Part shown: positions 1 to 12,482 of the stretch, piece by piece
How positions within the stretch are numbered: the first letter of the stretch is position 1
Layout of the letters: each line of letters opens with the position of its first letter
Notes under the pieces: model-generated
Told to the model about the DNA's origin: nothing
Database searches by the model: none
What the model saw: the letters and a program-made list of their open reading frames with translations, nothing else
Program-made: the position numbers and the translations under genes
Assembly (NCBI GenBank): GCA_032718475.1
Contig: JAUCBJ010000065.1
Span: forward strand, 15,264-79,263
Direction: 5' to 3'
Origin: Nemertoderma westbladi
Taxonomy: Eukaryota; Animalia; Xenacoelomorpha
Length of the DNA: 64,000 nucleotides

Positions 1-230
1 ACGGTTTTCAGATTCACAACCTGCAGATGAAGGTGGTTCTAATGGTATCTAGATTAAATTTAAAAGACGAAAAATATAGCCGACGGAGGTGGCTAATATT
101 GCTAAAAAAAAAGGCGTTTTTGTATCAAAATATCTAAGAAATTGAAAAAACCGGCTCTGCCACCAGTAAGAAAAGTTGTCGAACTATTTTCATGCCGAAT
201 TCGTAGCATATGATTGAATTTCGAAAATAA
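1..230. mobile_element. Partial copy (right arm) of the palindromic MITE family also at 11550-12482
   Basis: acggttttcagattc...atctagatta...ttcgtagcat aligns by eye with 12185-12415. Confidence 0.6.
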
Positions 231-1077
231 CGACTTGCTATAAATGGTTAAGGGAGATCGTGAATTGCTATTTGAGGATGGAATAATGCACTGCAAAATG
301 TACAAAACATCGCGTACACTCCACTAACGGCAAAGATACCACAGCCGACAGGAAGCATCACGACTGCCATTATAAATGCAATAAGCAGCTGGTATATGGA
401 AGAGGACCTACTATCAGAAAAGGCCCAAGGGACCAACCGAATACTAATTACAGCTTTTCTAACTACTCCAATATATACATCCACAGTATGGCAGTTATTG
501 ATGAATTGCTGTAAGAGTTTAAGACGCAATTGATCGAAATTCTCGGTAAATTGGATAGAATTAACCATTAACAAGGCCTTATTATTGATTGTGCTGAAGG
601 GTGTGAATGGGTGAACATACTCGCCTAATTATATGTACTAAGACTCAATTTGAACAATATAAATTATATTAATTACACAAAAAAGCAGATCATTTTCACT
701 TTGCTCGAGATATTATACGTCAGCCGTGCAAGAAGACCGCTCACAATACACTCTGACTCTCCCCTACAAGAGCCACAATAGGCCTAACATTCCTCACATC
801 ACATCACGGCGCAGTACAGTATATACAATAGTATTGTGAATTTTTTAGTCCCTTTTCACCATGGCAACAGGAGGTAATTTCCAAAATGTCTATTGGCCCT
901 GCATAATTGAAAGCTATGCCCCACAACACCCCCGTCTCACTAAACCGCCATCAGATAATCCATCGAGGTAGGCTTTAGAATCCGGTTACCAGGGAACTGC
1001 TCGAAATATCACTTCAAATCCCCTTTTTACTGCTAATTTCTATGATTTTTGCAAATATCAAATGTAGTATTCAAAAG

Positions 1078-1990
1078 TGCATTCAAAAATGGATACCATC
1101 TGGAAATCAGATCTCTCCAGGCACCTGAAGACTAAGTTCTTTCGAGCCACATTGGAAAGTGTATTTTTATATGGGGGTGAGACCTGGACACTGACTAAAT
1201 CACTTGAACAACGAATTGATGGTTGCTACAAAAGACTACTAAGGGCAGCCCTAAACATCAGCTGGAGACATATATATATTATTATCTACTATAAAATGGC
1301 AGTCACAGCACCAAGTAACTATTAACAGCATAGTAACACAAAATTTTATAGTCCAGCTAAACATGTTGATAGATATAATCATACGTAGTATATAAGTAAT
1401 ATATAAGTAAATAATTAACTATAGCACATGATTGAGTGTTTTAATGATGTTATTGTTAGTAAAGTGATGTCCGTAATTAATCTAAATAGTAATTAAGTAA
1501 ATAGCATATTAAGTACCGGAAATCAGATCTCCTCAGGCACCTGAAGACTAAGTTCTTTGGAGCAACAGTGGAAAATGTATTTTTATACGGGGGTGAGACC
1601 TGGACACTGACTAAATCACTTGAACAACGAATTGATGGTTGCTACACAAGACTACTAAGAGCAGCCCTAAAGAACAGCTGGAGACAACACATGACAAACG
1701 CCGAACTTTATGGTACAATACCACCTGTATCAACCACCCTGCGTGAACGCAGATTAAGATTCAGTGGGCACTGCTGGCGAAGTAAAGACGAGGTCATACC
1801 AGATCTACTTCTCTGGCAACCAACTCATGGAAAGCGTAGTCGTGGACGACCGGTCATAACATGTATAGATCAACTTCAAAGGGATACTGAACTTGGGAGA
1901 AACGAAATTGCGACAACTATGGAGAATCAGGAAGCCTGGAAGGATCTCATTTCCACTGTCCGAATTCGCTCGACCTAGTAGTAGTAGTAG
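1078..1990 (+). mobile_element. 5'-truncated RTE-like LINE with internal duplication, (TAG)n tail and 30-bp TSD
   Basis: ORFs 1077-1325 and 1568-1978 encode the RTE C-terminus (FLYGGETWTLTK...RERRLRFSGHCWR...RGRP); tail tagtagtagtag; identical tttgcaaatatcaaatgtagtattcaaaag at 1048-1077 and 1991-2020. Confidence 0.85.
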
Positions 1991-3691
1991 TTTGCAAATA
2001 TCAAATGTAGTATTCAAAAGCATTACCAAACATATTCGCACATAGACCCCTTAAAAAATATATTTAGGGTCAACTACCTTAAATTTGCTAACCCTAGACA
2101 ATTATAAATCCCTACCGTTGAGGCCTTTTCTTGTAAGTAAGAATATCCTTCAGAAACAGTTGATATGTGGGGCGAGCCACGAAGTTGGCGGAGCCTTAGC
2201 GAACTGACTCTGTTAGGGGGGGATTCGTCAATAATGTCAAATAGTTGTCGTCGTCGAATCGATTTTGACCTGTTAATAAATTTGTAGGATTTAAAGCTGT
2301 CAGTGGAAATATTTTAGGCATAAGTAAGACCAGAAGTTGAGATATTTTATGACTTTAAGCCACCATTAGTTAAACTGTCTTTCTAATCTATTTTTCGCGC
2401 CTTCGTAGGCAAAACAACAAAAAATAAGTTCCCTCGTGATTCTAATTTATAAAGCAATAATTACAACATAATTATTCCCCACCCCTTCCCTCACCTCAAT
2501 ATACCCTTGCCATATAATGGACGCCATATAATATAACGCCAATACACCCAATACCACGGCCTCCCCTAACCGGTCACCTTTCATTCACCTATAAACCCCT
2601 CCAAGTCAACCGCATTCCAATATTACCAGCCTCCCCTCTGATAAACCACTACCCAATGAGGGACCTTTCTCTGTGTAATGACTCATTCTTTCTTCTTGCA
2701 ATTAACCCCTTGCCCAGATAAATCCAGGGAATACTTCTGTATCCAATATAACTAACTCAATGAGATATAGTTGCAGTAAACGTTTATTGGTCAGTTTGAA
2801 ACTAGTCAATATCAATTATGTTTGACATGTGGATAACATAACCTTTGGACAGGAAGATAACTCCTTTAGCAGGTGATAATTGGGGGTAAACTCCACATTG
2901 ACCCCTGATACCGGGTTTATAAGGGCCAGTTTCATACGAATTAAACAGTCAATATCATCAGACCTTGTAGATGGCTCTGTTTCTCCCCATTACCACCTCT
3001 GTGGTGTTTGGGCTTGTGGGTAAGGCTCACGCTGAGAACTGAGTTTGGCCGACCAGCCCAGGAGCGCTAGCGCACTGTGCCGGCTGGCTACTCAGTTCGT
3101 CCCAGGATCAACGGTTTAGTCGTGAGGATAAGGTAGCAGCATCTTCCCGGGTTTTGACTCTGTCAGAATACGATAGTGCTTACGCATCCTGCCCGTAGTC
3201 TTAGTGAGGCGACCTCAGTTAAACCTCTAAGTCATAGGACAAAGAAGCATCTAACCATGTGTATCCAATCGGCACCACCCCCGTTTGATCCCAGACGGTG
3301 ACCTTGTGTTTTGACACTATCGCCAAGTTCCAATAGCGTGAAGCTGCACCAAGTTTATTACGACAACATTTTAGACTGTGTTTCTATTGAACCTTTTTCA
3401 GAGTATTTTAGCATAACGAAACGACTAAAATACTGTATTTTATGTATTATTTTTCTGTTACAATTTTTTGGATTGTATTATTTTTCGTGGCTATAATTTG
3501 GATCCTAACGGACCCAAAGCACCCCTCACCCGGTTTCTCTTTTTCCCTCTTCCCAGAGGTTTTTCAATGGTGTTACATAGCGTACACTATTTTTATACCA
3601 GAGAAGGAAGCAATATAACATCTGGAGGAAACATAAATCATTGTGTTTTAGTATTATCTTGAAAGGGTTGTGGATGTCCGTAAATAACAAG

Positions 3692-6226
3692 GGTAATGGT
3701 GAAAAATATCGAGACTTGAATAATATCGAGAGTAAAAATAACGAGAGTAAAAATATCGAGAGTAAAAATATCGAGAGTAAAAATAACGAGAGTAAAAATA
3801 TCGAGAGTAAAAATAACGAGTGTTGAAAATTAACGTGATTAAAAAATATCGAGAGTAAAAATAACACGAGATGAAAAATATCGAAAATAACGAGTGTTGA
3901 AAAATATCGAGTGTTGAAAAATATCGAGAGTAAAAATATCGAGTGTTGAAAAATATCGAGAGTAAAAATATCGAGTGTTGAAAAATATCGAGAGTAAAAA
4001 TATCGAGTGTTGAAAAATATCGAGAGTAAAAATATCGAGTGTTGAAAAATATCGAGTGTTGAAAAATATCGAGAGTAAAAATATCGAGTGTTGAAAAATA
4101 TCGAGTGTTGAAAAATATCGCGAGTAAAAATATCGAGAGTAAAAATATCGAGTGTTGAAAAATATCGAGAGTAAAAATATCGAGAGTAAAAATATCGAGT
4201 GTTGAAAAATATCGAGAGTAAAAATATCGAGAGTAAAAATATCGAGTGTTGAAAAATATCGAGAGTAAAAATATCGAGAGTAAAAATATCGAGAGTAAAA
4301 ATATCGAGTGTTGAAAAATATCGAGTGTTGAAAAATATCGAGTGTTGAAAAATATCGAGAGTAAAAATATCGAGTGTTGAAAAATATCGAGAGTAAAAAT
4401 ATCGCGTGTTGAAAAATATCGAGATAGAAATATTGCATTTTACTTGAGCATTTTATTTAGAATTATGGAACAATATTGCAGTGCATGGGATACAACAGTG
4501 CAAGTGCAAGTGAAATGGCATTATGTAATACACCTTGGGTGCCCATTTACCAGATTTATTATACTAGCTAGTTTTTGCTATTTTTTTAATAAAGGCCTGT
4601 TTACACGTGGCAACTTTTAGAGCAACTTTCTCGGCAACTAGCAACTTTTTTTAGAACAACTTAATTTAATCGCTGTTTACACGTGGCAACTTTACCAGCA
4701 ACTGTACCAGCAACTTGGCCGGCAACTTTTATAGCAACTTGGCTAGTTTGACTGTAAAATAGGGGTCATTTTATTTACTAGCTAGTTTGATAAATAAATC
4801 TGATTATCCCGCTTTACTTCGCCAACGCAAATTCCTTCAAGTTGCCGTAAAAGTTGAGCTACTTTTACAGCAACTTTTTTGCGTGTTTACACGGAGCAAC
4901 TTGATCGGCAACCTGGGTTGCTCTACAAGTTGCCGAGAAAGTTGCTCTAAAAGTTGCCACGTGTAAACAGGCCTTAAATATTAAAAAAGAAGTGCTAGCT
5001 ATAAATTTTGATAAATATTATAAATATTGTTAAATATTATATTATAACACGTACCTTATAAGCTACCAAATGTTGATAAATATTGTTGTTCTAGAACATT
5101 TTTTGTAAAAAAATTATCATACAACCCTTATTTAAAAAAATTGTTACTACCGATATTTTTACTCTCGATATTTTTCAACATTCTATATTTTTCAACACTC
5201 GATATTTTTACTCTCGATATTTTTCAACACTCGATATTTTTCAACACTTGATATTTTTCAACACTCGATATTTTTCAACACTCATATTTTTCAACACTCG
5301 ATATTTTTCAACACTCGATATTTTTACTCTCGATATTTTTCAACACTCGATATTTTTACTCTCGATATTTTTCAACACTCGATATTTTTACTCTCGATAT
5401 TTTTCAACACTCGATATTTTTACTCTCGATATTTTTCAACACTCGATATTTTTACTCTCGATATTTTTACTCTCGATATTTTTCAACACTCGATATTTTT
5501 ACTCTCAATATTTTTCAACACTCGATATTTTTACTCTCGATATTTTTCAACACTCGATATTTTTACTCTCGATATTTTTACTCTCGATATTTTTCAACAC
5601 TCGGTATTTTTACTCTCGATATTTTTACCCTCGATATTTTTACTCTCGATATTTTTTGAACTCTCGATATTATCGTTATTTTTCAACACTCGATGTTTTT
5701 ACTCTCGATATTTTTCAACACTCGATATTTTTACTCTCGATATTTTTACTCTCGATATTTTTCAACACTCGATATTTTTACTCTCGATATTTTTCAACAC
5801 TCGATATTTTTACTCTCGATATTTTTCAACACTCGATATTTTTACTCTCGGTATTTTTCAACACTCGATATTTTTACTCTCGATATTTTTACTCTCGATA
5901 TTTTTCAACACTCGATATTTTTACTCTCGATATTTTTACTCTCGATATTTTTCAACACTCGATATTTTTACTCTCGATATTTTTCAACACTCGGTATTTT
6001 TACTCTCGATATTTTTACTCTCGATATTTTTCAACACTCGATATTTTTACTCTCGATATTTTTCAACACTCGGTATTTTTACTCTCGATATTTTTACCCT
6101 CGATATTTTTACTCTCGATATTTTTTGAACTCTCGATATTATCGTTATTTTTCAACACTCGATGTTTTTACTCGCGTTATTTTTACTCTCGATATTTTTC
6201 ATGTCTCGATATTTTTCAATATAACC
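3692..6226. mobile_element. Foldback-type non-autonomous DNA transposon with long inverted arms of 15/17-bp tandem units
   Basis: Left arm 3700-4432 (aaaaatatcgagagt / gaaaaatatcgagtgtt)n; right arm 5150-6218 is the reverse complement; termini ggtaatggtgaaaaatatcgagac / gtctcgatatttttcaatataacc; 8-bp direct repeat ataacaag at 3684-3691 and 6227-6234. Confidence 0.8.
4593..4974. mobile_element. PIF/Harbinger-type MITE nested in the foldback spacer
   Basis: About 45-bp TIR aggcctgtttacacgtggcaacttttagagcaactttctcggcaact; TAA at 4590-4592 and 4975-4977. Confidence 0.8.
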
Positions 6227-8288
6227 ATAACAAGTCATTGAAGGACCGTGTATTATTGCGGGCTATTAGTCAGTCTTAGTCATATAGTCAGTCAGTACAG
6301 TCTATAGTCAGTCTTGATACCGAAAACCACAACAGTAAGGAAAGTGTATTAGCACTTTTGGAACCTTTTAGAGATACAAAGCTGTATTTGGAGCTTTTCT
6401 TGCCAGAGGCACTCTAATTATTAAATGTCCTGTGATTTCTTTGCTTTTAATTCCGTCTTAATTCCGTCTCAGTTTTATTATCCATTCAATCTGAAACTTG
6501 TCAGATGTGTGCAAGAACACATTCTGCGTCTTTCTGATGAAGGTGCTTCATTTGTAGTTATCCTCTCTGCCGCTAGATGGCGAAATTTCTGAAAGTGAAA
6601 ACCTTCACTCATTTTGTTATTTGTTAACATTTCAAGCTAAAACTTAGTAGATATACATTCTAGACCGTAAACCATCAACAGGCTGCATCTTTGTTGGGAC
6701 GGTAATCGCTCGTCAATTCTCCAGTCTACCGCTAGTGGGCTGAAATGAAAACATTTTATAAACTTCTGGAATTAAAACCTTCAGCCATTTCGTCATATTG
6801 TTTATAAGCCTTTCTTCCTGGTTGATACCTGGTACATGCAGTATATTCTAGACCTCAGACTGATGAATTTATACGAGGTCTTAAATCGACTGCATTTACC
6901 CAGTCTGCTTCTGGATGATAAGGTGATTCTGGGGAAATCTGCTTAGATTTTGCTTTTATTTCTTTCGAGTTGACAGGTTATAAGGTGGTATCACGTGCCT
7001 GCTCGAATGCCCCACTTCGTGTACTTCAAATGCAGATCAATATGTAACATAGTATGAACAAAGAGTTAATTAGCATTGAAGGGAAAGGAGTAGGCATGTT
7101 ATTTATAACTGTATTACTTATAATATTGAAAATAACGATAAATTATTTTAAAATTGATAAAATACACTACAAAATGTTTCGAATCCATTGGTTTTTTTTA
7201 CGTCTCTGTATTAGCTAAAGACTTGTCAATTGTGCCTATTCTCATGTTTCACCACTACCTGAAATTATCGCAATAACGCTATTGTTCAAAAACTTAACCC
7301 AACCCAAACGTATCCATAGCTCAAAACTCAACCTAACCCACGACCTAACCCTAACCCAACCCGATCCCAAGCTAACCATAATACAATGGGTTTAATCGTT
7401 ATTGTCAGTCTTTGTAACCTTCAGTTGAAGAAAACCTGCAGCACTTTGCAAAAAAAGATGGAAATCAACTTAAAATTGACATCTAATCTTGTTCCGAACC
7501 CGGTCTTCTAATTCGACCCTAGGTGGTGGTGCCCCAGGGGGGGGGAGTGCTCACACAGTTCAGTTCAGTGTCCCTAGCTGTTATCTATCTAAACGCTCGA
7601 ATTGTCACAGTTACATAATTGTCATTCGTTGACCAATGCCGAGAGCAGGTAAGATGCGCACCTACTTACACCTCCGCTCAACATCAGTCAATTTTCAGGC
7701 TCAGTTACGCGAACTTTAAGCCTAACGAATACCCCGGCATCCCTCAGTAATGCATTCAGGCCTCTCTATCTGTTCAGTGGGTGTGAACAATGACGCCCGT
7801 GCCTGAACAGTTAATTGTTTGCGTAGAATCTTTTGCATAAATATATCAGCCTCTAAGAAAAAAGAATAATATGCTTACAAAATAAATGTTATCATTATAT
7901 TACCCATGTCCTGGAATATAGGGTCGTAAATCACTGGCTTGCCAACAACGCCCTTTATAAATGGCCTTGATAAATGTTAGAAAAAACTAGCTATTATAAA
8001 AATATTTGGGGTGTCCGAGCAGATAACGTGCAGATAATATTTATCATAATTGTGACAATGTGTCAAGGAAATTGTGGCAATGTACAGGTGAAAGGGTGAT
8101 TGAGGAATCAGCCTCAATTTTTATTCCTAAAATAATGTTAATGTAGTTAATTAAAAAATTATGATATATGAATTTTGGTACTTCTTATATTTTCTATTCG
8201 ATTATGGCAATTTCACTATTATACGACTATATTATTCTTATTTCTTACATCCACACTCTACAATTATTTAAGATGATGCACATCTATC

Positions 8289-10535
8289 TTATCCGATTAT
8301 GATAGGTGCCTGTGGAGGCGGGGGTTGGGGTGGTGGCGGGGGTGGAGGCGGTGGTCGTGGTTGTGGAGGTAGATGGACTATAGTGGGTCCAGGCGGATGG
8401 GGTGGTGGTGGATGAATACACTGGGGTGGGCTAGGGGGCGAGGGCGGTCTTGGGGGCACCACGACCACAATGTCCTCCTTTTTCTTCTTTCGAAGCCCAC
8501 CTTCTGGGGGATTACTATATTTATTCCTTTCGCGATCGGCTCCTAAATGCATCCAACCAAGTCGCTCGCAATCCTTCACTGGTGGCACACCGGTCTGGTT
8601 TCCCTTTTTATTTTTACGTTGATTTTGATTAACGATTGTTGTAACGTCCACTGGTTCCCTGTGTTGACGCCGAGGCGAAGAATAGCTACAACGGGAGGTT
8701 GTTGGACAACCATACTGGGGTACTGGTACGGGAACATTGTACGGGATAATAATTGGTGGTTCTGGCGGTGGCGGGGGAGGTTGTGGGGGAGGTGGTGGTG
8801 CCTGTTGTGTGGAGTTACATATAGTTTGACGGACTTGCGGGTTGGCAGTCGTGCTGGTGTTCTGGTTTGTTTTGCTGATCATTTTCTCACGTTGACAAAA
8901 ACCGGAGCAGGAATCATCCATACAATAATCACAATTAAACCCAGGACAGGAGCCATCGTTGCAACTTTTACAACCAGGTACCATCTCAATATTCATATTA
9001 ATATCTTTGATAGAAATGTTCCTCGGCTCCTTTTTCAAAGGATATGGCAACCCTTGTATTTCATTCATAGGCGTCAAATTATTGTGTCCCATTGGTGGAT
9101 TTGACGGTTGTGAAGGAGTCAAATTAACATGATTCGGTTGGGTGGATGGCATCGAATTTGGTTGACTCAGAGGGGCTACTGTGGTAGGATAATTAACCGG
9201 TTGGATGAGTCTAGCAGGCGAAGGCCGAGTGAAACCAACATTTTTCAGTTTTTTCGATTTTTTGGGCTTAGTATTCGATTCATCTGATTCAGATCCACTG
9301 CTTTTCCAATAAATTTCGTCTAAAGGAAAAAATGGATGTGTTTTAGGTTCGTAATCATAGGGGGGATAGGTGGGTGGAGCATGATCCTCTACCATTTTCT
9401 TATCATACATTTCATCAAGAGGGACGAATGGATGCTTCCTTGGTTCATATTGATGAAGCGTGTCTTTAAAGTAATAGGGTTCCCCTGGCCCATGTTGGTT
9501 GTTTAGCAAGTGTTCTGCCTCATCCAGAGGTACAAAATCAACTGTCGGAGGATTAAATCTGTATTCATCATTTAGTTTGAGAACCCTATCCCTACGTCGA
9601 TTCGCGTATTTCGTATCCAGTGAGATAAATGGGATGTTTCGCTTTTCGAATTCATATTTACCCCTCTCAATGTTCCTATTCCAATATGGATCCGAATATT
9701 TTTCCTCCAAAGAATGAAAAGGGTATTCTTTGGGCCGGGGGTGGTATGTTTGGTTTTCTACCTCCCTGTTGCGATGTTGGTCACCGTACATATCCCCTAG
9801 TGGAATGAACGGCACTTGTTTTGGTTGATATCGGTGAGGAGTATTTTCCCTGTGTTGGTTGGTTTGTGTTTGGTACAACAAGTCCAAGGGCTGGAAAGGA
9901 TTGGATCTTGGCTGGTATCTGTGCCTGTCTTTAACAGTTTGGGTACTGGTGCCAGTTCCCATTGTTCTGGAGACAGACAGATCATCAGTATCATCTGAGA
10001 TTGTTGTATTGTTATTGGTTTCCTCAGTAGAACCATCAGACTCATCGCTCTCACAATAATCGTGACTTGTGTGGTGATGATTATATGAATGCAAGTTATG
10101 GGGATGATATTGTTCAATGAGGTGCGAATGGGATGAATTGTGGTAGTGTGGGATCGTCTGATGTAGAGATGAGTCATTGAGATATTGCTGGTGAGACCCG
10201 ATGCAGCTGAGCTGAGCTTGTGTATGCTGGTGAGTCCCGATGCAGCTTGGCTGAGCTGGTATTTGATACGAACAACCATCACCATGACAATGTGTGTTTG
10301 ACGTGACATTACCTTCCATGGCCCTTATGCCACAATCATTAGATGTAAAGGCAAAGACCCCTGGAGCCATGCCTGGGTCAAGTTCATCAAAGGCCGCTGC
10401 ATCGGGTTCATTAGCTAAGAACCGTCCTACCCTACCAACCATCCTTCTTAGACAGTCCATGGAACGTGTAAATTTGCTGGTAGGCGGTGGTGCAGCCTCA
10501 AGAACTTCATCAGTTTCGGAACTATATCTACGCAT
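8289..10535 (-). CDS. Intronless 748-aa proline/histidine/cysteine-rich protein of unknown function with seven internal Y-x-P-x-x-x-P-F-x-P-L-D-like repeats
   Basis: Long uninterrupted ATG-started ORF in AT-rich surroundings; peptide repeats diverged at DNA level; AATAAA on the minus strand near 8120. Confidence 0.7.
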   Translation of the reverse strand: MRRYSSETDEVLEAAPPPTSKFTRSMDCLRRMVGRVGRFLANEPDAAAFDELDPGMAPGVFAFTSNDCGIRAMEGNVTSNTHCHGDGCSYQIPAQPSCIGTHQHTQAQLSCIGSHQQYLNDSSLHQTIPHYHNSSHSHLIEQYHPHNLHSYNHHHTSHDYCESDESDGSTEETNNNTTISDDTDDLSVSRTMGTGTSTQTVKDRHRYQPRSNPFQPLDLLYQTQTNQHRENTPHRYQPKQVPFIPLGDMYGDQHRNREVENQTYHPRPKEYPFHSLEEKYSDPYWNRNIERGKYEFEKRNIPFISLDTKYANRRRDRVLKLNDEYRFNPPTVDFVPLDEAEHLLNNQHGPGEPYYFKDTLHQYEPRKHPFVPLDEMYDKKMVEDHAPPTYPPYDYEPKTHPFFPLDEIYWKSSGSESDESNTKPKKSKKLKNVGFTRPSPARLIQPVNYPTTVAPLSQPNSMPSTQPNHVNLTPSQPSNPPMGHNNLTPMNEIQGLPYPLKKEPRNISIKDINMNIEMVPGCKSCNDGSCPGFNCDYCMDDSCSGFCQREKMISKTNQNTSTTANPQVRQTICNSTQQAPPPPPQPPPPPPEPPIIIPYNVPVPVPQYGCPTTSRCSYSSPRRQHREPVDVTTIVNQNQRKNKKGNQTGVPPVKDCERLGWMHLGADRERNKYSNPPEGGLRKKKKEDIVVVVPPRPPSPPSPPQCIHPPPPHPPGPTIVHLPPQPRPPPPPPPPPQPPPPQAPIIIG

Positions 10536-10851
10536 GTTACTAACTTTACAAATTCTATAAGTTTTATTTCAATATTAATTATTCTTAATTTACATAAATT
10601 CCAGATCGACAAGTTAAATATTATTGTTTCGTTCCATTCCATTTTACAATACTACATAAACCATGTAGTGCAGGCCTGCGTCATTTTTCAAAAAATAGTA
10701 CCGGTATTATATTTATCGCGTTTCGACCTCGATTATCTATAATTACAGGTCGAGAAGCCGTGCACGACCGAGGCTGATAGGGAGCTGAATTTTACAGAAA
10801 CAAGATTTCTATAAGATATTTGGGAGATTTGTAATTTTTATGGCTAGAATG

Positions 10852-11402
10852 CCGTATAGCACTACATTATTAAAACATATATCATTGTTACTATGGCAAC
10901 GTTGCAGAGTTCTAGAACAATATAAAAGTATTATATACTATTCTAGAACATAACTAAAATAAAAAAATAATGTTCTAGAACATATAGCTAGTTTTTTTTT
11001 CAATTTTAATGTAGCTAGTAAATTGAATAAATTATATATTTTTTAAATAAATTTCTGAATACATTGAAATTAATATTGATTATAGAGCTTTTGTATACTG
11101 ATGTACGGTAACTAATTAGTTTAATTATCCATTGGGTATTGGCTTTTGTTGGCCTTTGAATCCGTTCAATATTCCTTTTCTTATCTGTCGCCTCCACATG
11201 TATTCTGTCAGTTTTTGGAGAATTTTAAAGTTATTCTACCAATTTTAAATTTGAAAAATAAGTTAAATATTCTATAACATTATATTTTTTATTTTATAAA
11301 TATTCTAGAATAGTGTGGCATAATAATTATATTTTGTTCTAGAACTCTACAATGTTGTCATGGTAACAATGATTTATGTTATAAAAATGTAGTGCTATAC
11401 GG
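10852..11402. mobile_element. MITE with imperfect inverted ends of at least 70 bp
   Basis: ccgtatagcactacat...gttctagaacaa (10852-10920) vs ttgttctagaac...atgtagtgctatacgg (11335-11402); no clear TSD. Confidence 0.6.
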
Positions 11403-11549
11403 ACCTGTTACTGCAATTTCACCATTTACATTTATACGAACTACAAATTTATATGATAGCTAGTGATTTACGTATGTTTCCCTAGTATTTTTGGAACAAT
11501 TTTCATTGTCATAATATCAGGAATTACTATGACCGGTACAAGTATAGTA

Positions 11550-12482
11550 CACCATAACCCATTTTTTGCAACCATTTAATACAACAACCATTATTAGGGA
11601 GTCGGAGCCCCACCACCCCCCCCCCCCCCCCCCCCCCAAATTTTTTTCAAATTTTAATAAAATGCTACGAAATTGGGCATGATGATAGATCGACACCTTT
11701 TCTTACTGGTGGCATGGCCGGATTTTTTAATTTATGAGCTATTTCGAGACAACAAGCCGTTAAAAATCGTCTATTTCGCAATATTTAGCCACATCCGTCA
11801 GCTTTATTTTTCGTCTTTGGAATGAGATCTAGATGTCATTAGAACCGCCTTCATCTGCAGATTCAGATTCTGAAACCTGTTGTAAATTTCACCAAGAACT
11901 TACGGAGATATTGTCAAAATACTAAGATATAAATTTTTGTGACGTAAATCGTTATAATTCTAATGTTTTTTTTACTCAATTCTAGAATATTAATTATGGG
12001 TAATGAAAAAACAAGATGGAGAGTTTTAAAAGCTCAGCTAAATAATAATTAATATTCTAGAATTTTCTAGAATCTAGAATTTTATTAAAGACAACAAAAC
12101 ATCAGAATTATAGCGATTTACGTCTCTAAATTTACACATTTAGTATTTTGATAATATCTTTACCAATTTTTGGTTAAATTTAGAACGGTTTTCAGATTCG
12201 GAATCTACAGACGAAGGCGCTTCGAATAATATCTAGATTACATTTCAAAGACGTAAAATAAAGTCTACGGAGGTGGTTAAACATTGCTAAACAGACATTT
12301 TTTAAGGACTTGTTGTATGGATATAACTGAGAAATTAAAAAATCCGGCCAGGCCATGAAAAGGTATCGATCTATCATCATATCGAATTTCGTAGCATTTT
12401 ATTGAAATTTGAAAAAATTAGGGGGGGGGGGGGGGGGGGCTCTGACCCCCTAAAAATAGTTGTTGAATTAAGGGTTATGGTG
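11550..12482. mobile_element. Whole-length imperfect palindromic MITE with TA flanks (Tc1/mariner-like)
   Basis: ta|caccataaccc ... gggttatggtg|ta; poly-C near 11620 mirrors poly-G near 12430; arms complementary towards a centre near 12020. Confidence 0.7.

Noticed and set aside
248-574. 108-aa ORF with a hydrophobic stretch
   Set aside because: No recognisable motif or supported splice partners
3526-6279. ORFs with SRYF/LDIF/SIFL repeats
   Set aside because: Translations of the 15/17-bp foldback arms
7290-7380. Telomere-like taaccc repeats
   Set aside because: Short and degenerate; more likely a transposon-internal simple repeat
8289-10535. Minicollagen, formin or extensin assignment
   Set aside because: No Gly-X-Y repeats, no FH2 domain, no signal peptide
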